From contig NW_002060947.1 of NCBI RefSeq assembly GCF_000150275.1, positions 7,425,880 to 7,489,879 of the forward strand: DNA of 64,000 bases, written 5' to 3'. A program made the position numbers and the translations under genes. Origin of the DNA: Trichoplax adhaerens (taxonomy: Eukaryota; Animalia; Placozoa). Under the pieces are notes generated by a model that was not told the DNA's origin, searched no databases, and saw only the letters and a program-made list of their open reading frames with translations. This document shows positions 23,701 through 34,700 of this stretch, in pieces (within the stretch, counting starts at the first letter, position 1; every line of letters starts with the position of its first letter).

Positions 23701-26700
23701 TCATGCTTTTATTCCGAGCTCCTACAAGGATTAGTCATTACTATCTTCATCATTCTTCCTAGCCTACATTAAAATTCTACTTTTATGGAATATTTGTATT
23801 TATAGCCCAGCACCAAAGCTTGATTGGTGCCACTACCCTAAATTATCTCATTCCTGCTTACCAGTCAGATCTCTTAAGCCACGTGTCCGGGAAACTGCAG
23901 ACAAACAATATTTAACAATTAGTAAAGTGACCTTAGATGATCACCATTTTGTATGCTATGCTTCTAATTCTCATAGTTTTGCTAGCGGACATTTTTACAT
24001 CAAAGCTAGAGGTAAGGTGACTAAATATTTGGTTGAGCTAATTTACTAAAGCTTCAATTAACTTGACAAATTCTTTATTACTAAGCAGTACACTGTAAAT
24101 TTGAGGAATTATTCACATTTATGAATAGCGATTACAATCTCTGATTTTAATTTCCTCATGCTTAGAAAATCTCCGCTGGATTCGACCACCCAGTTCAGAA
24201 GTTTCTGTTTCTCCATTAGTAAATGAGCATGTATTCAGCTGTCCCTATACCGGTGGTAAATCGGGAAATCCAACCATTATCTGGTCTAGAAATTCAGATG
24301 CTCTTGATGAGGACCTTTGTTCTCGCGGAGCGATTTGTGACATTAAAAATGAGCAAATTACCTTCAATATCAGCGCAGGTACTTCTAATTCGCTGAGAGA
24401 GACGAATGTTGACTGTCGAATATCTGATTATCCGGGAAGTTTATCTGCTGCAACTTTTGTAACAATACATAGTAAGCTTACTTTCATTTGGACAGCGAAT
24501 TTTCTCGCTACCTTTATTAAATTTGCATAGATGTATTATACGGTATTTAATATCATGCGCGCATGAAATCCTTATTTTAAATACTAAGATTAAAAATATT
24601 AGTTATTCTATATAATAATGTTTTAATGACGCTGATTGCTTTTCAGATGTTGCAAGTTCGCTTATTAGAAGTCCTCCAAAAGTCATTGCGACAGAAGTAG
24701 GAAGCAATGCGATGTTTCATTGCCTTTTTGTTGGTTCACCCCGGCCGCTGCTTGAATATTATTATAACGAAAAACGAATTAATGTAATCAGTCTACATTA
24801 TCAAACTTTTTTTAATGGTACACTACTGATTATTAATGTTACAAAAAACGATGAGGGATTCTATTCTTGCAAGATAGCGTCTACGGAAAACTCCAATAAC
24901 TTTACAATTAGTAGTTCTAATACTACCATGATTCGTGTCTATAGTAAGTAATTCAAATTAAGAGTTGATTACGCAAGTAACAATAATCTTTCTATACGGA
25001 CATATTTTATTGAATTTTTTATCGTTTCTGGCCAGTAAAATTCTAAATTAAATCCTTAAATATGTAAATTCTATAATAAATTCATGTGCGTCATTTATAT
25101 ATCTATTTTTATATGAATTATAAGTCATTAGAAGCATACTTTTACCAATTTACCTTACTGATTACTTAAGGTAATAACTTTAATCATGCATTTTATAACC
25201 TACGATGTATGCTTTATAAACCGTCTAAGACGCTTGTATTCGTATAATTATTTATCGTTAATGATGAATTATTCAGATTGATTCTTTATGCTACCTTTAA
25301 TTAGTATTTCATATTAGTTTCAACTTAGTACTGAGTCTATTTTGCAATTTTATAAACGTAAATTTATTACATTGTCGACTTAGCTGAAACAGTATTGTAT
25401 AAGATATCAAGCCGTTTTAGTAAGATAGGCAAGAGGTCTTGTCTATCTTTGATTTATATAGTATTTCATAAGCTATTTGTTTCTAAAACAAAAAACAACT
25501 ACTGTATGTAATAGCTCAACTATGGCTAAAATCATTACTATTTTGCTACTTTTCTCTTGTAGATAAAACAAAAATTGAAAGCAAATTTATATCAGACATC
25601 CGCAAAGAATCAGATTCATTCGATATTTATTGTAAATTTACATTCGATGGGGAAATAAACGAAACTTTGTCTACGTATTGGAATGTTAAAGGAAAAAGAT
25701 TTGATGAAGGACCTCGCCTTCAAGCTACACAAGTATTTTATAACAATAATTCTGGTATTAACACATTGCATTATAAAAATTCAGAACCACAAGATACTGG
25801 TAGGATTGAGTGTGTTGTCGAATATACTGCTGGAACTCCAATCAAGACATTTAAAACCACCGTAGCTGGATTTATTACTATATCAGGTATTGAATAGTTA
25901 ACTACTTATTAATATGACGCATTATTTATTAATATTTACTCGTAGTTGGTCTTATGTAAATGTATATGCATCGATAAGGTTTCTACTATCTTGCTAGCGC
26001 TAATATTTAATGAACATAATCGATTAGTAACAATATATTAGGACTATTATTGATATTGTTGCTTATGCCTTCACGGTGAAGATTTGCAAATACACTAATG
26101 TATCAACAACTCTGTAGTATACGCGTATAGTGATGAGAAAACAAATTAAGTACCCGCAAGACTATTTAGCAGCTTTGTACAGTGCCTAATGCCTTCCCAT
26201 CTACCGACAATTTGAGAATTTACTATTTATCCTACCTTTTGTAGAATAGATAGAGTTGGAGCCTCTTCCTAGCTAGTTAGCTATTAATAGCAATTTGTAA
26301 TTATTACGCGGCGTTTCTTGTCACCAATCTCTTTATCAATTTTATTTTTGTCTAACTATTACGAACTCTTGCAGGTATACCGCAGTCTCCTTATAACGTG
26401 CAAATTAAGAAGTCCGAGTACCGTACGGTTCTTATTTCAGCAGAAATTTGGTGGAACTTTAATTATGAGTTGTGGAATAACACTATACCGATAGGTTTTG
26501 GAATTTATTGCAAACAAAAGGCTAATAGCTCGTACACTCTAGCTGCTAATGGGTTCTGCAAGCCATTTATCTTCGAAAAAACTTTAATCCTTGTTCCTAA
26601 TAGCAATCGAACATGCCATATTGTTGCCATAAGCAACATCGGACGAGGAATACCATCGAAATCCTTTCAACTCGAGAACCGACAAAAAATTGGTAAGCAT

Positions 26701-29700
26701 TACGATACCTTCGCAATTGACAGCTTATTTATACTGATCTCTTCTCTGCGTTGATACAGATTAATATATCTGTCAGGTATGTAACATTTTTGCACAAAAG
26801 TTCTAGTATATATCTTTCATAATTCTAGTTACTAGAAACTATCAGAGCATTAACCTTATCGTTACCGATACATCATTGCCGATATCTTATGATGAAATAT
26901 TTCATATCATCCTAGAGTATTGTATTAGTTCTAATTGCTTTGACTAACCGTACGATATCGTTATTGATATTTATATCACTACTTCTACATAGTAACATGA
27001 TTATTGAGCAAACGCAAATTTTCGCAGAATCACCATATAATTTTACTATTTACTAAACGCGAAAATCGTTAGATAATCGAATGATAACATTATAATGACT
27101 GTATAAAACTTATCATGGTTATTTTTTTCTATTGTTTAATACCAATCAAAGTGATCGAAAATGTTACCGTCTTTTGCTTAAAAAACTTTCGAATTTTGAT
27201 TAGTTGGGCTGTAAGTATCTAATTGCATAATAACGTTTTCGAAATAAATGATGTCAATTGTTCCTGTTAAAAATTTTAATATCTCCTTTCTAATGCTATG
27301 ATGATGTAGCCTTTAGCGATATGGAAAAATAGCAATAACTTCAGCTATACAATCTATATCAAGAAAGTCAAGCAGATTTCTTACGATCGTAAAGATATTA
27401 TAAAGATCTCATCGCATATATTAAAGAATGCCATTTTTAACACCAGTTATCAAATCAAAGTTGGCACTCGTAACTTGCTCGAAGGATTTGACGTTAATTC
27501 AACCGTGAAAATAATCAAGTGCAGCTTTAGTGAGAGAACATACTGATATAAGATTACTATTACTACCGTATGAATAGTTTGCAACTGCTTATATTTTTTA
27601 TAATTTGCTAAAGGTTAACAATGCTGCTCAGGTTTTGATGTACCGTTTTTCTTGTTATTGAATTACAGACTCTTTATTAACACCAACAAATCTTATGGTT
27701 AATGGATCAGAATTGGGGTTAAATGTTGGTTGGAAAGGAATTTCAGCTGCCAAAATCAATTTTAATCTTGCTGGATATGTAGTAAGTATTACTGAATCAT
27801 AGATCTATCAAATATAATAGATCTATGAGTATTGAAATGTTCTAGTAAGCTAATTACGTTCTATAAAATCGCTCAATTTTCAAGCATAAAATACTACATT
27901 TTAAGGTAATTTCGCCATGTTATTATTGCTCATCTTAGCGTAATAATTAGTAAAAAAAATGCTGGTTGCTTCGTTTTAATTTCATTAGCTTTGTTTTCTG
28001 CACGCATGATTATTTCTCATCATTTAGCTCTATATCAAGAAGTTTGATAGTTTAAAGCTCCAAATGAGAGAAACAACAGAAACACACCTTTTCGTCAGAT
28101 GGGCAGCTTTTGATGAAGGAAATGGAATTTACGACCTACAAGTTTTTCCTTTCGATGTTCGGAATATTAGTGGTTATGGATCTAATATTTACAGATATGA
28201 TTATGTTGATTCACAGTCGACAGTATCATATTCATCAACACCAGGTTAGCATTAGATTTTTAGGATTAAACTTTGGTTACTTATTAAGACAATATGTAGG
28301 ACAATTTTAGTTGATACTTAATCGTTTGATTTTTAAAAATTTCCTGGTTAATCTAATTCATACCATGTCAAAGGGTTGTTATTTGTGTCGATTTATTGTG
28401 GCTGTTTATTAAGATAGTATGCGGGACAATTTGAGTTGATATGGTACTTAATGGTTTGATTTTTAAAATTGTTGATTAATTGAATTCATTCCAAGTTAGG
28501 GATATGCTATAGGTATAGAATTATTAAATGAGTAGCTATATTATGAGCAGAACGAATCGCTTGAGTTATATTTAGCTTAAAAGAGAAAAAAGTAGAACGG
28601 CAGTTAATTGATGGATATCCTTTTTGGTTTAGTTTCACAGGGAAGTAGGAGTGGAGCAGTTTTTAGTGGAGTAGGAGTTACAATTTTTGTTGTTGTCATT
28701 GCTGCAATAGTTATTTATTGGAGGAGAAAACGGCGAAAAGACTTGAAAAATAGGGATAAATCACCCTCTCCTACCATTAAGGAATCGATGTTAACATTAG
28801 TCAGCAGCGGAGTAACCTCACAACAAAATTTAAATATTGCAGAAGTAAAATCAAATGAATACATTGAAGCGAAATCACACGATAAGTGGGAATATCCAAA
28901 GTCTAAATTAACTTTAGGTGATGAGTTAGGACACGGTGCTTATGGACAAGTGGTTCAAGGTGAAGCGATTGATATTCAAGATCATGTTGGAACAACCGTA
29001 GTTGCGGTTAAAATGTTAAAATCAGATGCATTAGATATTGAGAGAAGGAGCTTATTAGCTGAATTAGACATGTTGAAAAGCTTAGATAAGCATCAGAATA
29101 TTATTTCGCTACTTGGTTGCTGCACCTATGAAGGTAAGAATTTGTTCTACTGCAATCCATTTTAGTACTCCAACCTAGAAAGAATAAACTATTTCTTTTT
29201 GTTTGAATAGTGGATTATTTGTTGTAAGTAATTCAATTTCTAAGCTACCGGAATATTACGTCAATTTCATCTAATTGAATTACTTTCAATTTTGTAATAA
29301 TACGATGGCCAGCACCATTGCTAATCATTGTCGAATTTGCATGCCATGGAGATTTATTAAAGTATTTAAGATCCAACCGAGGTGATGGAGACTTTGGTAA
29401 TTTAACATTGGAACGATTAACAGAAATTGCTTGGCAAATATCTAATGGAATGACTTATTTAGAACAGATGAAGGCAAGTTTCAGTGATTGATTACATTTT
29501 CATGGGTGGATCTCAATGCTTGTGCTTTTGATCATCATGATAGGATATTATTTATAAGTTGTCATTTCTGAGTTATGTTTTGACGTCAATAGACTAATTT
29601 GGTCATGAGATTGAATTCATTATTGGAATTTTTCAGAGTGACAGTGCTAAAAACAGGGTTGCATTTTTAATATCATTAATTTCTTGTTTATCATTTATCA

Positions 29701-30180
29701 ATACAGTTAATTCATCGAGATTTAGCTGCTCGTAATGTCCTCTTGGATGAAGACTATAACTGTAAGATTTCAGATTTTGGCTTGGCTCGCGATGTTTATG
29801 AATCTAATCTATACACTAGATCGAGTAGAAGTCGTCTACCGGTTAAATGGATGGCGTTAGAATCTATTTTTGATGATATTTGGACCACTAAAAGTGATGT
29901 TTGGTCATTTGGTGTCGTTGTATGGGAAATTTTTACGTTAGGCTCATTTCCATATCCCGGCATGACGGCTGCCGAAACAACGGAAAAAGTACGAAATGGC
30001 TATAGGATGGAAAAGCCGCAAAATTGTCCAAATGAAATCTATCAAATTATTTCAGATTGTTGGTCGGAAGATTATCGTAATCGACCATCATTTGATAAAG
30101 TTAAATTGCGTTTGGAATATTATCGTGAATCTACCGATAGTTACCTGACTTTAGAAGAAGGAGAATCTGTACAAGCGTAG
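20796..30180 (+). CDS. Receptor tyrosine kinase: signal peptide + 6 Ig + 3 FN3 + TM + RET/FGFR-like kinase; apparent frameshift in the Ig1 exon
   Basis: Exons at approximately 20796-20859 (signal peptide), 21066-21414, 21942-22271, 22540-22560, 22731-22819, 23806-24011, 24166-24471, 24647-24944, 25563-25885, 26375-26692, 27152-27210, 27310-27529, 27669-27781, 28028-28243, 28632-29133 (TM GVGVTIFVVVIAAIVIYW-RRKRRK; LGHGAYGQV; VAVKMLK), 29313-29473 and 29707-30180 (HRDLAARNVLL, DFGLARDVY, RLPVKWMALES, KSDVWSFG). A probable 5'UTR exon donates at ~19818 into an acceptor at 20774. Confidence 0.9.
21462..21890. repeat. Intronic direct duplication (~180 bp, 2 diverged copies)
   Basis: ctattca.ttagttctg..tatcaca....aagaata..aatgatggtattt starts near 21463 and 21711. 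Confidence 0.65.
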
Positions 30181-30309
30181 TCGTCTATAGTCTATTTGAA
30201 TTGGAATACAAGAGTAATAAGAGGAGGAAGTCGATTACACACCTATTGGCAATTTGGAATGACAATTGGATACAAGAAAAGATAGACGAGAATCAATCAT
30301 GGTATCTTT

Positions 30310-30745
30310 CAGCCATGATAAATTGGTAAATTTACTAGGCGCTGATCAATCCTATTTGATGATGACAAAGACAGGTTACCGTATATCGTAGACGGTAAAC
30401 TGGATCCTATCTAGAAACGATTAAACTACTTCCTCCTCAGTCGCATTTTATTATACCTAGAGCGAAGCACTTTGTAATAAACTATGTCATTAATGAGTGA
30501 ATTGTATTGCACATCTATGCCAATTTAATATTGAAAAGAGAGAAGAGAACCAATCCTTATACCTTTCGGGCATGATAAATTTGGTGAAAGATGCAAATTT
30601 ACCAGGATTTGATCGATTTTCTTTAAAGATGACAAAGACAGTAACGCGTATATATCGTAGGCGGTAAAATGGAACCTATCTAGAACCATCAAATTGCTTT
30701 CTCTTCAATCGCATTTTATTATACCTATAGCTAAACATATTATAA
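30310..30745. repeat. Direct duplication downstream of the RTK stop (~170 bp, 2 copies)
   Basis: catgataaatt..gatgacaaagaca..tatatcgtag.cggtaaa.tgga.cctatctagaa..cgcattttattatacct occurs near 30314 and 30571. Confidence 0.65.
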
Positions 30746-30849
30746 CAGATTGAATCATTGAATTATGTCATATACCAATTGAATGTTGAATGTTGAATTT
30801 GGATAATATTATTACTGATGACGTTCAACTTAAAATTAGAAATGATTTA

Positions 30850-31850
30850 TTGAATTAAAAATAGAATATGGTCTACTGATTACTCCTCTGTAGTCTGCCA
30901 TAAGTGACCATATTGAAGCTCTAATTCCAAAAATTGCAAAGTAGTCTATTGCAAAAGACAGAGAGGCAAACAGTCATTATCACCTGTCTATTGAAATGGA
31001 ATTATGGTTTCACTCTGCTCATTCGATACTATTAAACTGGCTAGAAGATGTTGAATTTGTTAAAATAACGCTATTATTTTCGCGTCGAAATGAATATACT
31101 CGTATAAGGTATATGCTCGTGTAGATTCGTGATTTGTCATCAAGAACAATTTTTCATTGAATCATTCTATGCTTATTAATAAAGTAGTCAGTGAGCTTAT
31201 TGCAGAGATATCAACATCCATACTGTATGTGTATTTCTACGACGGATTAATATGTTTTATGGGGGTTAATGAAATGTTTTAAAAGACCGCTTAAGCTGCT
31301 AGTAATGATGCAAATATTGGAGTTTGTTCGGTCATTTATAAGATGGCACCTTGTAAGGTTATTGATTGATAGATTGATGATAGACATAGCCAGCGGGAAG
31401 TGGGCTACCATGAAAAGCTCTGCTTTGATCTTCCCCTGCGTCCTTTCTTCTTGACATAATACTTGGCAATATGTATAGTAAAATCTTTCAAAAATCTTTA
31501 TACGCCGTTATTAATTTAAAATCTACTTACGTCCACAACGAATAACTTTCGGGATTTCCCAGTATTTCTTTCGTGTGATTGAAGTATACGTATGTAGAGA
31601 CTGTATATTCGACTATGGACGATCACTCCTCTGTAGTAATGAATACGGCAAGTTTGATGGGAGCATAGTTCTTTCGCATGCTTTTAGTTCACGTATGTCG
31701 AGACTATATTTCGACCATGGACGATCACTTCTGTATCGTCTTGAATACGGCGCGTTTGATTCAAGTAAATCACAGCAGTCTACTTCCTTTTTCATTGTCA
31801 TGAATGCTTTGGACTTGCTAATATTCAATATGGATGCTTCTCTAAGCTGC
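30850..31850 (-). pseudogene. Possible decayed gene remnant with an OTU/vertnin-like motif
   Basis: The minus strand reads ETIIPFQ*TGDNDCLP, then in a shifted frame SFAIDYFAIFGIRASIWSLMADY, resembling the OTU PxxxxGDGNCL...ELR motif. Exon-like acceptor at ~31850 and donor at ~31530; in-frame stops are present. Confidence 0.25.
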
Positions 31851-32211
31851 TAGAAATAAATAAGAATAGTTACGATACTAGACACGGAAAGATAAAGTGA
31901 TAGTCAATTTTACGATGTTTCCCACCCAATAAACGAAGGCCTAAATTAAAATGATTTTTGCGGACTTCAAATTTTGCTGGGCAATGCATGCTAATGCAAG
32001 AACTAATAGTGTCAGTTGTTGTTTTGATCGTGGGATAGAATATAAATATAGGCTAACAGGTTTGTCTGCTATTACGTTTAAGGTTCCTCATTTATGCAAC
32101 ATGGATGATCTTTGACCATTAGTGATTATTATTATGCACCTATTTAATCTCAAGAATGGCTTATAGTCCGCTTGGTACAAATAGGACAGTGAGATGAGCC
32201 ATTCCATCTCC

Positions 32212-32475
32212 AAACCGGATAATTTACCGTAGACAATTTACTGCATTAAATCAATTTTAGGCTGTATAGGATTGAACGCTGTAAAATATTTAATCCACCG
32301 TCGTCATATCAAAACAGATACTTTACTACATTCGATTAATTTTGCGGTGTATAGGATTGAACGCTGCAAAGTATTTAATTCATCCTAATAATATCAAATC
32401 TAGATTGATATTGTATCCATCCTTTACTACTACATTATACAGCGGTAAATTGTCCGCGTCAAGTCGTCCTAGTTT
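32212..32475. mobile_element. MITE-like non-autonomous element (~265 bp) with imperfect ~33-bp terminal inverted repeats
   Basis: Left end aaaccggataatttaccgtagacaatttactgc compared with the reverse complement of the right end, aaactaggacgacttgacgcggacaatttaccgc. It interrupts a unit of the adjacent array and has an internal duplication of tgtataggattgaacgctg. No clear TSD. Confidence 0.5.
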
Positions 32476-32485
32476 AAACTTAGAA

Positions 32486-33398
32486 TAATCTACTATAATT
32501 TAATTTAACAGTCAAGAAGGACAGTGAGATGAGCCAATTCATCTTGGATTACTGTCCACGAATATTTTAAACTTAGCGTAATCTACTATAATTTAATTTA
32601 AAAGTACAAGAAGGATAATGGGATGAGCCAATTCATCTTGGATACCTGTCCACGAATATTTTCAAGCTCAGCGTAATCTACTATACTCGTCATTAAATTT
32701 AAAAGTACAAGAAAGACAATGCGATGAGCCAATTCATCTTGAATACTTGTCCACGACTATTTTCAAACTTAGCGTAATCTACTATAATTTAATTTAAAAG
32801 TACAAAGAAGGACAATGCGATGAACCAATTCATCTTGGATTGCTGTCCACAAATATTTTCAAACTCAGCGTAATCTACTATAATTTAATTTAAAAGTACA
32901 AGAAGGACAGTGGGATAAGCCAATTCATATAGGATCGCTGTCCACGAATGTATTCGAACTCAGCGTAATCTACTATACTCGTTATTGAATTTAAAAGTAC
33001 AAGAAAGTACAAGAAGGACAGTGCGATAAGCCAATTTATATAGAATCGCTGTCTACGAATATTTTCAAACTCAGCTAAATCTACTATAATTTAATTTAAT
33101 AGTACAAGGAGGACAGTGAGATGAGCCAATTCATCTTGGATCCCTGTCCCCGAATACTTTTAAACTTTGCATAATCTACTATAATTTAATTTAAAAGCAC
33201 CAGAAGGACAGTGCGATGAGCTATTTGTAGTGGATCCATGTCCCACAAAAACATTTCAATTTGGCATAATCTACTATAACTTGATTCAAAAGTACAACAG
33301 GACGATGAGATCATAAGATGATTCATTTCATCTTGGGTCCATGTCCACCAACATTTTGAGACTTGGGATAATTGACTATATTAAATTTGGTTTAAAAG
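32486..33398. repeat. Tandem array of about 10 x ~95-bp units, each with an internal hairpin
   Basis: Approximate unit: taatctactataatttaatttaaaagtacaagaaGGACAGTgaGATGAgccaatTCATCttggattACTGTCCacgaatattttcaaactcagcg. Copies become more divergent toward the right end. Confidence 0.9.
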
Positions 33399-34313
33399 CA
33401 TATGTCAAAGCTATGTCAGTTGAACTGGATGGAACAGAAGTAAATGACGTCGATTAACAATAGTGTTGGTTTAAAATTGAAAAAAAAATTCTTCAGTCAA
33501 AGTTTCGTTTCTATGCCCTTCAATATGGTGTACAGTGGGACAGGCTGATTGCATCATTCATTACCAATGGAGAGTTTAAGCAAGAGTCAAATAAAAGTTT
33601 TATTCTTCGTGAATTATGTCTGATTATGAAACAGCTTTGCTCATATTTATCACACCACTATTGCAAACAGCTGACATTGAAATTTTACTTCAGTTTTGCA
33701 ATAGAACGGCAAAGATGGCAGTATAGCTTATTAGGCTTATATCGTGCTATATCTTCGAAAGATTATCATGTCTTGCATTATAATAGTGATGCTGATAGCA
33801 GCGTTATGAACAAGCATAACCAAAATGATGTTCACTTTTACTTAATCTAGCCTAATTTAATATTTAAGTGATAGAAAATGATTGCTTTATCGTGCTCTCT
33901 ACTTAACACTACCGTGATTGATCGAGATACTACTACTTGATTGAATGCTGCGTGGTAAGCAAGCACCAAAAAAAACATGGGCCATCCATCTCATTAGAAT
34001 AGGTAATTTTGACCTTTTATTAGATATAAGAGCAGTAATACATGTAGGGTAATTAAGTCAAGGAATAGCAAACAGTGGTGCAGGCCATTTTAACTGACTA
34101 CACGTGCTAAGAGAATATGGCGTTGTCGATGTCCTTTTTGGATCCGTTGTCGACAAAGAAAGAAAAACAACACAAGCAAAAATCCATTACCAAATCAATC
34201 ATTCATAAGGCAATAAGCAGTAACTTGACAATACAACAATTTCAGCAACAACGTAGCAAAAAAAAGATTTCAATAATCTCTTGCATCGAATTACAGTGTC
34301 AACTTTATTTATT

Positions 34314-34320
<7 letters not shown>

Positions 34321-34343
<23 letters not shown>
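34321..34343. repeat. (TA)n microsatellite in the probable caveolin 3'UTR
   Basis: acatatatatatatatatatata; a second TA run lies at about 34507-34528. Confidence 0.8.
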
Positions 34344-34344
<1 letters not shown>

Positions 34345-34700
34345 TAAACCGAAAATTTAGAAATCATTAATTAATTAGAACGACCTCTAGAATAGCGCGT
34401 CGACATGCTACCACGTAGTTAACAAATAACAAAATAACATATCATCAACATTGATTCAATCCTTTTAAGTGAAAGGTATAACTTTCTATTTTTAATTTAT
34501 ATAGAATATATATATATATCTATATATATTTTAAAATTTTTAGGTATAAATATAAGAAAAAAACCCCAATTAAATGCTATATAACAATCATCCACATCTT
34601 GTATCCAGTGATAGAAACGTAACATACTTTTGCATTGCCATCGTTCCATAATGTAGAAGCAGATGAAAGTCTATCACTATGGAAATTGTGCCTAATCAAA

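Noticed and set aside
32486-33398. CRISPR array, iron-responsive elements (CAGTGN) or SECIS elements
   Set aside because: The spacers are repeated rather than unique, there are no cas genes, and the context is eukaryotic. CAGTG sits in a stem rather than an apical loop, and there is no SECIS AUGA/AA/GA geometry.
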